From: Longimicrobiales bacterium
GTDB taxonomy: Bacteria; Gemmatimonadota; Gemmatimonadetes; Longimicrobiales; Gaopeijiaceae
Assembly: GCA_965218295.1 (NCBI GenBank)
Contig: CBDCKN010000015.1
Location: forward strand, 256,001-320,000
Direction: 5' to 3'
DNA length: 64,000 nt
Under the pieces are notes generated by a model. That model searched no databases. It was not told the origin of the DNA and saw nothing but the letters and a program-made list of their open reading frames with translations. Shown in pieces: positions 1-9,481 of this stretch (the stretch's first letter is position 1; the number at the start of each line of letters is the position of its first letter). Made by a program: the position numbers and the translations under genes.

Positions 1-984
1 CATGAGGACGGTCAGGTAGCTGATCTGGCCGTCCCGATCTCTTCGGAGCTCGGTCCGTGTCCAGCCGGGAGGGAGGGGGCGTGCGATGGGCATCTCGGAC
101 TCCTCGTTCACGCGATACCCGGTCACGGTCCACTCCACCGTGATGGGGATGTGGAGAAAGCGTCCGAGGGAGGCCTCCCCCTCCAGGGCAAACCGCCGCG
201 GCAGCCAGTAGCGGAACTCGTGGAGGCTGTACTCCACGGTGACGTAGTCGATCTCGGCGGTCACTGGTTTGAGGAGACCGGGGACCTCGTCGGCGACCTC
301 GGGCTCGATGAGCTCCAGGTCGAAGGGTCGCGCCGGCTTGTAGCTCGCCCGGACCAGGCTCCCCGAGTCCTGGTCGAACCACAGGGAGCCGGCCACCAGG
401 TGAATGTCGGGCCTCCTGGGCTCGACCCGCACCTCGATCATGGTTATGGCCCGATCCTCCATGGGGAAGGACAGGCGGAGCGTATCGCCTGAGGCGAATC
501 GATAGTGGAGGGCGGCGGAGTCGGAGAGGGGGTGGAGAAGCCACTCGTCTCCGAATAGCATGCGATCGTCCCACGGGTCGAACTCGAGGGCGGCCGGCCC
601 GTCGCTCATGAGGTCGTCCCCCATGTCCTCGTTTAGCTCGGCCTGGATCTCGGAGCTGTTTCCCACCAGCGGCATTTGGTAACGGGCACCGATCCACTCC
701 ACGTAGCGATCGCCGCCCCGCACCCAGCGGATCCGGGCCACGCGCTCCCCGTCGAAGAGGCCCCGGTCGCGCCGGAAGCGGGCCACCTTCAGGCCCAGGT
801 AGAACCTCTCACGGGCGATGCCCTCGTAGCTGAGGATCCCCTCCATGTCGCGCTCGCGGGCTGCGATGGCGCTGGCCAGAATCGACCGAACTCCCTCATC
901 CCGGTACGTGTCGGGTGGTGCGGAGGCAGACGGGACGACCTGGAGCGAAGCCGCTAGGAGGAAGGGGCCGAGGGCGGTGGTCAT
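1..984 (-). CDS. Hypothetical exported protein (3' end runs off the window)
   Basis: Read by hand (not in the ORF track): ATG at 984, MTTALGPFLLAASLQVV signal-like start, frame open to position 1 with host-like codon usage; divergent from the M14 gene. Confidence 0.7.
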   Translation of the reverse strand, partial: MTTALGPFLLAASLQVVPSASAPPDTYRDEGVRSILASAIAARERDMEGILSYEGIARERFYLGLKVARFRRDRGLFDGERVARIRWVRGGDRYVEWIGARYQMPLVGNSSEIQAELNEDMGDDLMSDGPAALEFDPWDDRMLFGDEWLLHPLSDSAALHYRFASGDTLRLSFPMEDRAITMIEVRVEPRRPDIHLVAGSLWFDQDSGSLVRASYKPARPFDLELIEPEVADEVPGLLKPVTAEIDYVTVEYSLHEFRYWLPRRFALEGEASLGRFLHIPITVEWTVTGYRVNEESEMPIARPLPPGWTRTELRRDRDGQISYLTVLM

Positions 985-1082
985 GGCGTCGTAAACCTCT
1001 CCTTCACAGGAGGTTGCCCCCGGTATGGCTCGTGGGTACGATCACCATTCGCCTCCGGCTGTACATCTTTGGAGGAAACCGC

Positions 1083-3428
1083 ATGTCCTACCGGTTCCTG
1101 ACTGGCCCGGTCCTCTCATTCGTCGCTGTGAGCCTGCTCGCGGCTCAGAGCGTTCCGACGCCCCGATCCCACTTCGGTTTCGATATCGGCGCCGAGCGGA
1201 AACTGGCGAACTGGACCGCACTCACTTCGTACTACGAAAAACTGGCTCAAACGAGTCAACGGGTAACAGTAGACACGCTCGGAGCGACGACCATGGGTCG
1301 TCCGTTCGTGATGCTCACCATAACGAGTGTGGAGAACCAGGCTCGCATCGACGAGCTTCACGCCATCCAGATGAAGCTCTCGGATCCGCGCCAGGTTTCA
1401 GGCGAGGAGGAGCTCGCAGGCCTACTGGAGACCGGCCGAGCCGTGGTGCTCATCACGCACGCTATCCACTCCACGGAGGTGGGGGGTGCCCAGACGGCCG
1501 CCCGGCTGGTTCATCGCCTCGCCTCGTCCGACGAGCCGAAGGTCCGGGAGATCCTCGACAACGTCATTCTCCTCGACATCCCGTCCCTCAACCCAGACGG
1601 GACGGAGTGGGTGGTGGATTGGTACAACCAGTGGCTCGACACAGAGTACGAGGCTGCGCCCATGCCCTGGCTGTACCACTACTACGTGGGCCACGACAAC
1701 AACCGGGACTGGTACGCGTTCACACAGAAGGAGACCCAGCATACGGTCTTGGGGGCCCACAATGCGTGGCATCCACACGTCGTGCACGACATCCACCAGA
1801 TGGGGGGCCGAGGCGCCCGCATCTTCTTCCCGCCGTACATCGATCCCATCGAGCACAACGTGGACCCCGGCCTCGTGACGGCCGTCAACATGCTGGGTAC
1901 CTTCATGGCTGCGGAGCTCACCGCCCAGGGCAAGGACGGCGTGGTCATGAACGCCATCTACGACGGCTTCACCCCGGCGCGGGCCTACCAGCACTACCAC
2001 GGCGGTGCCCGGATTCTGTCCGAGACGGCGTCGGCCCGAATTGCGACCTCGGTGATCGTCGATCCCGACACGATCGGTGGCGGCCGGGGATACGACGCGG
2101 CGGTCGCCACGGCCAACTACCCGAACCCGTGGCGCGGAGGGAAGTGGGGGCTCCCGGACATCGTGGACTACCAGGATGCGGGCGCCATGGCGCTCCTCAG
2201 CAACGCGGCGAAGAACCGTCTATTCTGGCTCGAGAACTTCTACAGGATCAACGAGCGGGCCGTGAACGGATGGGACGAGTGGCCCAGCGCGTGGGTCCTT
2301 CCCGCCGAACAGGAAAACCCCGGCGGGCTAGCGTACGTTCTGCGCATCCTGCGCATGGGTGACGTCGAGGTGCATCGGGCGTCACGGGCCTTCCAGGCGG
2401 ACGGAAACCGCTACGCCGCGGGCACCTACGTGATCCCGATGAATCAGCCCTACGCGTCCTTCGCCCAGACCCTCCTGGAGGTGCAGCACTATCCGGATCT
2501 CCGGGAGTATCCGGGCGGGCCACCGCGGCGTCCCTACGACGTAACGGCACACACGCTGCCGCTCCTCATGAACGTGGAGGCCATGGCCGTCGAGAGGGTG
2601 CAGCCGGGCCTGGACGCGCTCATCGAGGGTGATCCCATTCCGACGCCCGATTTCGCCTTCGACCTCCCCTTGGGTCTGCGGGGAAGCGGCACGCCCAGGA
2701 TCGCGCTGTACAAGTCCTGGCAGGAGCCCATGGAGGGTGGATGGACGCGCTGGGTGTTCGACCAGCACGAGCTGCAGTACGACACCCTGAAGGACGCCCG
2801 GGTCAGGGAGGGTGCCCTCCGGAGGGACTACGACGTCATCGTGCTCCAGGACCAGAGCCCCAGTTCCATCGCCGAGGGGTACGACGGCGGCACCCTGCCG
2901 GAGCCATATGTGGGAGGTCTGGGTGAGGAGGGCCTTCAGGCACTCGAGGCGTTCGTGAACGAGGGAGGCCGAATCGTGGCCATCGAGGAGGCGACGGAGC
3001 TGGTGGCCGACCTCTTCGACCTCGGGGTCTCCAATGCGGTGGAGCGTCTGGACTCCCGAGACTTCTACGTTCCGGGCTCCATTCTGGAGATACGACTGGA
3101 CACCGAGCATCCCCTGAACCGGGGGATGGACGAGTCGGTGGCGGCCTGGTACTGGGGGAGCAGCCGGGCCTTCGACGTCCAGGATCCCGATGTCCAGGTG
3201 ACCGCCCGGTACAGCGAGGGGAATCCCGTGCGGTCGGGCTGGCTCCTCGGCCCCGAGCACCTTGCAGGGAAGGCCGCCATGGTGGAGGTGTCGGTGGGGA
3301 GCGGGTCGGTGGTCCTGATAGGGTTCCAGCCCAACTACCGGGCCCAGACGGTGGCGACGTGGCCGCTCCTCTTCAACGCCATGAATCCCGGCGCGAGCGA
3401 CCGACCCCGAACCGAGGGCATGAGGTAG
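1083..3428 (+). CDS. M14 family zinc carboxypeptidase-like protein, secreted
   Basis: GGAGG RBS before ATG 1083; signal peptide; IHSTE, NPDG, DNNRD and DIHQM motifs of M14 peptidases. Confidence 0.85.
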   Translation: MSYRFLTGPVLSFVAVSLLAAQSVPTPRSHFGFDIGAERKLANWTALTSYYEKLAQTSQRVTVDTLGATTMGRPFVMLTITSVENQARIDELHAIQMKLSDPRQVSGEEELAGLLETGRAVVLITHAIHSTEVGGAQTAARLVHRLASSDEPKVREILDNVILLDIPSLNPDGTEWVVDWYNQWLDTEYEAAPMPWLYHYYVGHDNNRDWYAFTQKETQHTVLGAHNAWHPHVVHDIHQMGGRGARIFFPPYIDPIEHNVDPGLVTAVNMLGTFMAAELTAQGKDGVVMNAIYDGFTPARAYQHYHGGARILSETASARIATSVIVDPDTIGGGRGYDAAVATANYPNPWRGGKWGLPDIVDYQDAGAMALLSNAAKNRLFWLENFYRINERAVNGWDEWPSAWVLPAEQENPGGLAYVLRILRMGDVEVHRASRAFQADGNRYAAGTYVIPMNQPYASFAQTLLEVQHYPDLREYPGGPPRRPYDVTAHTLPLLMNVEAMAVERVQPGLDALIEGDPIPTPDFAFDLPLGLRGSGTPRIALYKSWQEPMEGGWTRWVFDQHELQYDTLKDARVREGALRRDYDVIVLQDQSPSSIAEGYDGGTLPEPYVGGLGEEGLQALEAFVNEGGRIVAIEEATELVADLFDLGVSNAVERLDSRDFYVPGSILEIRLDTEHPLNRGMDESVAAWYWGSSRAFDVQDPDVQVTARYSEGNPVRSGWLLGPEHLAGKAAMVEVSVGSGSVVLIGFQPNYRAQTVATWPLLFNAMNPGASDRPRTEGMR

Positions 3429-3431
3429 CGG

Positions 3432-4220
3432 GTGAAATGCCCGAACTGTGGATCCGAGGCTGCTGGGCGATTCTGCTCCGACTGCGGAGTAGCCCTTGGG
3501 GCCACGCCGTGCCCGAAGTGCGGTCATGAGCCTCCGGCCAGCGCGCGCTTCTGCAACCAGTGCGGGACGGCCATCGCCGGGGGCGGTGGCGCGGGGGGGG
3601 AGGTGGGTGCGGGCCCCGGCGGATCCGCCTCCGAAAGGGCCCCGGCGAGTCAGGCGGTCTGGTACATGGCAGGAGCGCTGATGGTGGGCCTCATTCTGGT
3701 GGTCGCCTACCCGGTCTACGGTCCGGGTCGGGCGTCGCCGGGACGCCCGCCGGCCCCAGCACCTGCTGGCGCTTCCAGCGTGGACCTCTCGTCCATGACG
3801 CCTCGGCAGGCGGCCGATCGGCTGTTCAACCGCGTCATGATCGCGGCGTCGGCAGGGGACGACACGGAAGTGAGGAACTTCCTACCCATGGCCATCAGGG
3901 CCCACGAGATCGTCGAGGACCTGGATGCGGACGGGAAGTTCCACCTCGTCACGCTACGTCTCCAGGCCTCTCTGAACGATGACGCCCTCGCGTCAGCGGA
4001 GGAGATTCTGGCCGAGCAGCCCGACCACCTCTTGGGTCTTGCGGGGGCGGCGGACGCCTCGCTGGCGCTGGGCGACTCGGCTAGCGCGCGGGCATTCTAC
4101 CAGCGTTTCCTGGATGCGTACGACTCGGAGATGGCCAAAGACCTGTCGGAGTACGGGGACCACGGCGCGCTCCTCCCGACCATGAGGGCCACGGCCCAGG
4201 CGCTGCTCGGGAACGACTGA
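3432..4220 (+). CDS. Double zinc-ribbon, single-TM, TPR-like protein
   Basis: CPNCG..FCSDCG..CPKCG..FCNQCG, one hydrophobic helix, then helical TPR-like C-terminus. Confidence 0.75.
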   Translation: MKCPNCGSEAAGRFCSDCGVALGATPCPKCGHEPPASARFCNQCGTAIAGGGGAGGEVGAGPGGSASERAPASQAVWYMAGALMVGLILVVAYPVYGPGRASPGRPPAPAPAGASSVDLSSMTPRQAADRLFNRVMIAASAGDDTEVRNFLPMAIRAHEIVEDLDADGKFHLVTLRLQASLNDDALASAEEILAEQPDHLLGLAGAADASLALGDSASARAFYQRFLDAYDSEMAKDLSEYGDHGALLPTMRATAQALLGND

Positions 4221-4247
4221 CCCCGACGACAGCGAGGTGAAGACATC

Positions 4248-4660
4248 GTGAGCGAGAATAGCAACGACACCAGCGATCAGACGGTCGTTATGGCCAGGCC
4301 TTCGTGATCTTCCCGGGCGGATTAGGGACTCTGGATGAGCTCTTCGAGGCCCTGGCTCTCATCCAGACCGGAAAGGTCAGGAACTTTCCGGTGGTCCTCT
4401 TCGGGACGGACTACTGGTCGGGCCTTCTGTCCTGGATGCGCGAGCGGCTTGCGGGGGAGAAAAAGATCGCGCCGGAGGACCTCGATCTGCTCTTCGTGAC
4501 CGATTCGCCCGCAGACACCGTGGCCCACGTGGTCGACTGCCATCGCAAGCCGCCTGTCGGGCATCCCCGGCGCCGTAACGACAACGTGAAACGTGCGGGG
4601 GACGCCCCCGAGTCTGCATCGGAAGCTGGAGAGAGCTCGCCGGCCGGCGAGGGTACTTGA
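4248..4660 (+). pseudogene. LOG family (TIGR00730-type Rossmann) protein, internally deleted
   Basis: RBS+GTG at 4248 reads 19 aa to a stop; the LOG C-terminal half (YGQAFVIFPGGLGTLDELFEAL..IQTGK) follows in another frame; the N-terminal LOG core is absent. Confidence 0.75.
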
Positions 4661-4850
4661 TCCTGCCGGGTATCACGATGGGCCTTCTGGGGTATGCCGT
4701 CGGGAACTACGTGGGCTTCGGGCTGGCCTACGCCGTTCAAAGCCTCGGAATAGGGTTGTGAGGCTTCCGGGGAGGCGCTTTCTTTAAAGGTTCGGCCAGC
4801 GCTGGACACTAGGGCCGCGCCTCAGATTCATCCCAAGAAACAGGTCACAG

Positions 4851-5984
4851 GTGTCGAGAACTCTCACGGAAGCACCTCGGGGCTATGCTCCAAACGGCAA
4901 GGACACAGGGGTCGTAAAGCCCAAGGGCCACTCGAGAATTCGGGCCCACGAGGGGCTGAATACGATCCCCCGCCGTGAGCGAAAGCCGGCGTGGCTGAAG
5001 GTTCGGTCGCCCGGCGGCGCCGAATACCTTCGGCTCAAGAGCCTCATGCGGACCCAGTCCCTCCACACCGTCTGCGAGGAGGCCGGCTGCCCGAACATCG
5101 GGGAGTGCTGGGAGGCGGGGACCGCCACCTTCATGATCCTGGGCGACGTCTGCACCCGGGCGTGTAAGTACTGCGCGGTGGCCCATGGCTTGCCTACCGA
5201 GCTCGACCTGGACGAGCCGCGGCGCGTGGCGGAGTCGGTTCGGGCCATGTCGCTCGAGCACGTGGTGATCACCAGCGTGAACCGCGACGAGCTGCCCGAT
5301 GGAGGAGCCGGCATCTACGCCGATACCATCCGGCAGATCAAGGCTGCGGTGCCGGGGTGCTCGGTAGAGGTGCTCATCCCCGACTTCAAGGGCGTCGAGG
5401 AAGCCCTGCGGGTCGTCCAGGAGGCCGGACCGGCGATCCTGGGACACAACCTGGAGACGGTGGAGCGGATCCATCCCGAGGTCCGCCCCGGCGGTCGCTA
5501 CTGGCGTTCTATCTCCTTTCTGGGAGCGGCCAAGCGAATCGACGCCTCCATGCTGACCAAGACCGGCATCATCCTCGGCATGGGGGAGGAGGCGCCGGAG
5601 ATTCACCAGGCGATGAAGGACCTTCGCGAGGCGGCCGTGGACATCCTCACGCTGGGTCAGTACCTGCGGCCGTCGCTCCAGCACATTCCGGTGGCCCGTT
5701 GGGTCACACCGGCCGAGTTCGCCGATTGGAAGCGAATCGGAGAAGCGACATACGGATTCAAGCACGTGGAGGCGGGCCCTCTGGTTCGTTCGAGCTATCA
5801 CGCGAAGGAGCAGGCGCGAGAGGTCGAGGCCGGTGCGGCCGGCCGTATCCAGGAGGTTCTCGAGGCGGACCTCCCCGCACCCGGAGAGGTGCTGCCGGGG
5901 CTCGACCTCGTCCAGCTGGAGATGGGACGCCCCGGCCGACCGGCGACAGGGATGTACGGTTCTCCGGAGGCGACGAACCGATGA
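4851..5984 (+). CDS. lipA: Lipoyl synthase
   Basis: CEEAGCPNIGEC and CTRACKYC clusters, RSSY motif. Confidence 0.96.
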   Translation: MSRTLTEAPRGYAPNGKDTGVVKPKGHSRIRAHEGLNTIPRRERKPAWLKVRSPGGAEYLRLKSLMRTQSLHTVCEEAGCPNIGECWEAGTATFMILGDVCTRACKYCAVAHGLPTELDLDEPRRVAESVRAMSLEHVVITSVNRDELPDGGAGIYADTIRQIKAAVPGCSVEVLIPDFKGVEEALRVVQEAGPAILGHNLETVERIHPEVRPGGRYWRSISFLGAAKRIDASMLTKTGIILGMGEEAPEIHQAMKDLREAAVDILTLGQYLRPSLQHIPVARWVTPAEFADWKRIGEATYGFKHVEAGPLVRSSYHAKEQAREVEAGAAGRIQEVLEADLPAPGEVLPGLDLVQLEMGRPGRPATGMYGSPEATNR

Positions 5985-7045
5985 CCGAGGCCAAAACGTC
6001 GCGGAGGAAGGCAACCAACGGAGGTCCCGAACTGGAAGGCCTCTCCAAGGACAGGCTACACCAGATTCTCCACGAGATGCTGCTCTATCGGCGCTTCGAG
6101 GAGAAGGCCGATGAGGGCTACGCGATCGGGAAGATCGGCGGCTTTTGTCACCTGCACATCGGGCAGGAGGCGGTGGCGGCCGGTTGCATTCTTCCGCTTC
6201 GGGATGACGACTACGTAATCACCGCCTACCGGGACCACACGCAGGCACTCGCCAAGGGCTTGTCACCCGACGCCGTCATGGCGGAGCTCTACGGGAAGTC
6301 CGCCGGCGCTTCCGGCGGGATGGGCGGCTCCATGCACATGTTCGGCCCCGACGTGGGGTTCATGGGCGGTCACGGCATCGTCGGCGCGCAGACCGGCTTG
6401 GCGCTGGGGATTGCGTTCGCCATCCACTACCGGGGCGAGGATCGGGTCTGCATGTGCTTCATGGGGGACGCGGCCGTGAACCAGGGCGCGTTCCACGAAT
6501 CCATGAACATGGCGGCCATCTGGAACCTGCCCGTGATCTACGTGGTGGAGAACAACGCGTACGGCATGGGGACCAAATTCTCCAGGGTCTCGGCAACCGA
6601 GATGTGTGCCAAGTCTGCGGCCCATGGTGTTCCCTCCACGGTGGTGGATGGGCAGGACGTCATCGCCACCTACAAGGCCTTCGACTCGCTCATCCGGCAG
6701 GTGCGCGAGGGAGGTGGGCCCCAGTTCGTGGACGTAGAGTGCTACCGATTCAAGGGCCACTCCATGTCGGATCCGGTTTCGGGCACGTATCGCTCCAAGG
6801 AGGAGGTGGACCACCAGACCGAGCACTCCGACCCCATCAAGATCCTGTGCGACCGGCTCTTGGCCGCGGAGCTTCTCGAGCAGGAGGAGCTAGAGGCCAT
6901 GGACGCCGAGGTCCGGAAGATCGTCGACGACGCCGACGAGTTCGCCGACGCGGCCCCTGACCCCGACCCGGCGAGCCTCCACGATCACGTCTACTCAGAG
7001 ATCAACCCGCACGGCCGTCTCTTCTTCGACGGCCGGGGGCAGTAG
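5981..7045 (+). CDS. pdhA: Pyruvate dehydrogenase E1 alpha
   Basis: ATG 5981 overlaps lipA stop; KIGGFCHLHIGQEA, GDAA..N TPP motif, YRFKGHSMSDP. Confidence 0.95.
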   Translation: MTEAKTSRRKATNGGPELEGLSKDRLHQILHEMLLYRRFEEKADEGYAIGKIGGFCHLHIGQEAVAAGCILPLRDDDYVITAYRDHTQALAKGLSPDAVMAELYGKSAGASGGMGGSMHMFGPDVGFMGGHGIVGAQTGLALGIAFAIHYRGEDRVCMCFMGDAAVNQGAFHESMNMAAIWNLPVIYVVENNAYGMGTKFSRVSATEMCAKSAAHGVPSTVVDGQDVIATYKAFDSLIRQVREGGGPQFVDVECYRFKGHSMSDPVSGTYRSKEEVDHQTEHSDPIKILCDRLLAAELLEQEELEAMDAEVRKIVDDADEFADAAPDPDPASLHDHVYSEINPHGRLFFDGRGQ

Positions 7046-7056
7046 TCGAGCGACCA

Positions 7057-8037
7057 ATGGCAGAACTGACGTATAGAGACGCGCTGAACGAGGCCCTCGC
7101 CGAGGAGATGGAGCGAGACGACTCCGTTTTCCTCCTGGGTGAGGAGGTGGCCGAGTACGACGGCGCCTACAAGGTCTCCCAGGGCCTGCTCGAGCGCTTC
7201 GGAGACAAGCGGGTCGTGGACACCCCCATCAGCGAGCTCGGTTTCACGGGGCTCGGAGTGGGCGCGGCCATGCTCGGCCTCCGGCCCATCGTCGAGTTCA
7301 TGACCTTCAACTTCTCCATCCTGGCGCTGGATCAGGTCATCAATAGCGCCTCCAAGCTGCTCCACATGAGTGGCGGGCAGATCGGGATTCCCATGGTGTT
7401 TCGGGGTCCGACGGGAGCGGCCCTCCAGCTGGGCGCGCAGCATTCCCAGGCCTGCGAGACCTGGTACGTGCATGCACCCGGGGTGAAGCTGGTCACGCCT
7501 GCCACGCCTGCGGACGCGAAGGGACTGCTCAAGGCCGCCATCCGGGATAACGACCCCGTAGCCGTCATGGAGGGTGAGCTCCTCTACAACGTGAAGGGAG
7601 AGGTTCCCGACGACGAAGACTTCATCGTTCCCCTGGGACTGGCGGACCGGAAGCGCCAGGGCGACGACGTGTCCATCATCACCCACGGCAGGATGGTACA
7701 CGTAGCGCTGCAGGCGGCGGGCCAGTTGGCCAAGGAGGGGATCGAGGCCGACGTGCTGGACCTTCGGTCCCTCCGTCCCCTCGACGTGGATGCCATCCTG
7801 GAGACCGTGGCAAGGACGAACCGGGCCGTCTACGTGGAGGATGGCTTTCCCTACGTAGGGATCGGCGCCCAGATCGTCTCCATCCTCATGGAGGAGGCCT
7901 TCGACGATCTCGACGCGCCGGTCCTGCGCGTTACCCAGGCCGACATCCCCATGCCGTACAACAAGAAGCTGGAGGCCTGGAGCAAGCCCAGCGCCGGACG
8001 CGTCGTGGAGGCGTGTAAGAAGGTCCTTTATGTCTAA
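7057..8037 (+). CDS. pdhB: Pyruvate dehydrogenase E1 beta
   Basis: DTPISELGF, EFMTFNF, GAQHSQ. Confidence 0.95.
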   Translation: MAELTYRDALNEALAEEMERDDSVFLLGEEVAEYDGAYKVSQGLLERFGDKRVVDTPISELGFTGLGVGAAMLGLRPIVEFMTFNFSILALDQVINSASKLLHMSGGQIGIPMVFRGPTGAALQLGAQHSQACETWYVHAPGVKLVTPATPADAKGLLKAAIRDNDPVAVMEGELLYNVKGEVPDDEDFIVPLGLADRKRQGDDVSIITHGRMVHVALQAAGQLAKEGIEADVLDLRSLRPLDVDAILETVARTNRAVYVEDGFPYVGIGAQIVSILMEEAFDDLDAPVLRVTQADIPMPYNKKLEAWSKPSAGRVVEACKKVLYV

Positions 8038-8088
8038 ACCTTATCGTCCTAGGGTCGCCCATTTCAGCGACCCAACACTTTCCTGATC

Positions 8089-9387
8089 ATGGCGACCAAA
8101 GTCCACATGGAAGCTCTGTCCCCCACCATGGAGGAGGGACAGGTCGTGAAGTGGCTCAAGTCCGAGGGGGACGAAGTCACCAGGGGCGAGATCCTTGCCG
8201 AGATCGAGACGGACAAAGCCACCATGGAGCTGTCGGCTCGTGGGGACGGAGTTCTCCGGGCCATCTTCGTGGCGGAGGGCGGCACGGCCCCTGTCGGGGA
8301 CGTGATCGCGGTGATCGCCGGCGCCGACGAAGACATCTCCGAGTTCGGTGCGGGCGTGGCGGCGAGCTCGGAGGCCACAGCCGATACAAACGAGGCGGCA
8401 GCTACCACGGCCGCCCCTGCCGGGCCCGCTCCTGCCGAAGCGACGGCCGAGGCGGCTGCCCCGGCCGAAGCCGTCACCACCGAGGCCGCTCCGGCTCCGG
8501 CGGCCGGCGACGGAGGGCGGATCAAGGCGTCTCCGCTAGCCAGGCGCCTGGCTGCCGATTCGGGTCTCGACCTGGCGGCTGTATCCGGATCCGGCCCCGC
8601 CGGCCGCATCGTCAAACGCGACATCGAGGCCGCACTTGCCGAGGGCGTAGCCACCGCGCCGGCCCCGGCACCCGTGCCGTCGCGACCCATGTCGGACGCC
8701 GACTACGAGGACGTCTCCCTCAGCCAGATGAGGAAGACGATCGCCCGGCGCCTCGCCGAGTCCATCGGTCCGATCCCACACTTCTTCCTCACCATCGACG
8801 TGGACATGGGTCGGGCCGTCGAGGCGCGCGGCAGCATCAACGCCATGTTGGAGCCCGAGGGGCAGAAGGTCTCGCTGAACGACCTCATCATACGGGCTAC
8901 TGCTGCGGCTCTGCGCCGTCATCCCGCGTGCAACGCCCACTGGCTGGGCGATTCGATCCGACTCTTCAACCGGGTGCACATCGGGGTCGCGGTGGCGGTG
9001 GAGGACGGGCTCATCACCCCCATCGTGAGAGACGCCGACGCCAAGGGTGTGGCCCAGATAGGCGCGGAGGTCAGGGAGATGGCGGGTCGCGCCCGGGAGC
9101 GGAAGCTCCAACCCGAGGAGTACATTGGGGCCACCTTCTCCATCTCCAATCTCGGCATGTTCGGCATTCATGAGTTCACGGCGGTCATCAATCCGCCCGA
9201 GGCCGGCATCCTGGCCATCGGCGCCGTCGAGGAGATCCCGGTCGTGGAGGACGGCGAGGTGGTGGTCCGCAGTCGCATGCGCATCACCATGAGCTGCGAC
9301 CATCGGGTGATCGACGGCGCCACCGGCGCCCGCTTCCTGGCCACCCTGAAAGGGATGTTGGAGGAGCCGGCCGCCATCCTGCTCTGA
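8089..9387 (+). CDS. pdhC: Dihydrolipoamide acetyltransferase (E2)
   Basis: ETDKA lipoyl domain, Ala/Pro linker, ASPLARRLA E3-binding domain, DHRVIDG. Confidence 0.95.
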   Translation: MATKVHMEALSPTMEEGQVVKWLKSEGDEVTRGEILAEIETDKATMELSARGDGVLRAIFVAEGGTAPVGDVIAVIAGADEDISEFGAGVAASSEATADTNEAAATTAAPAGPAPAEATAEAAAPAEAVTTEAAPAPAAGDGGRIKASPLARRLAADSGLDLAAVSGSGPAGRIVKRDIEAALAEGVATAPAPAPVPSRPMSDADYEDVSLSQMRKTIARRLAESIGPIPHFFLTIDVDMGRAVEARGSINAMLEPEGQKVSLNDLIIRATAAALRRHPACNAHWLGDSIRLFNRVHIGVAVAVEDGLITPIVRDADAKGVAQIGAEVREMAGRARERKLQPEEYIGATFSISNLGMFGIHEFTAVINPPEAGILAIGAVEEIPVVEDGEVVVRSRMRITMSCDHRVIDGATGARFLATLKGMLEEPAAILL

Positions 9388-9481
9388 TGCGCCGCTGGCT
9401 AGGGATCCCTAAGTTGTCGGGCCTTCGGCGTGCTCCGGCCGCCTGAAGACTTCCTTTCACGAACTCCGGGGTTACAGAATC

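Noticed and set aside
9400..9411. TAGGGATCCCTA palindrome after pdhC
   Set aside because: Single 12-bp occurrence with no loop or U-tract; cannot be assigned a function
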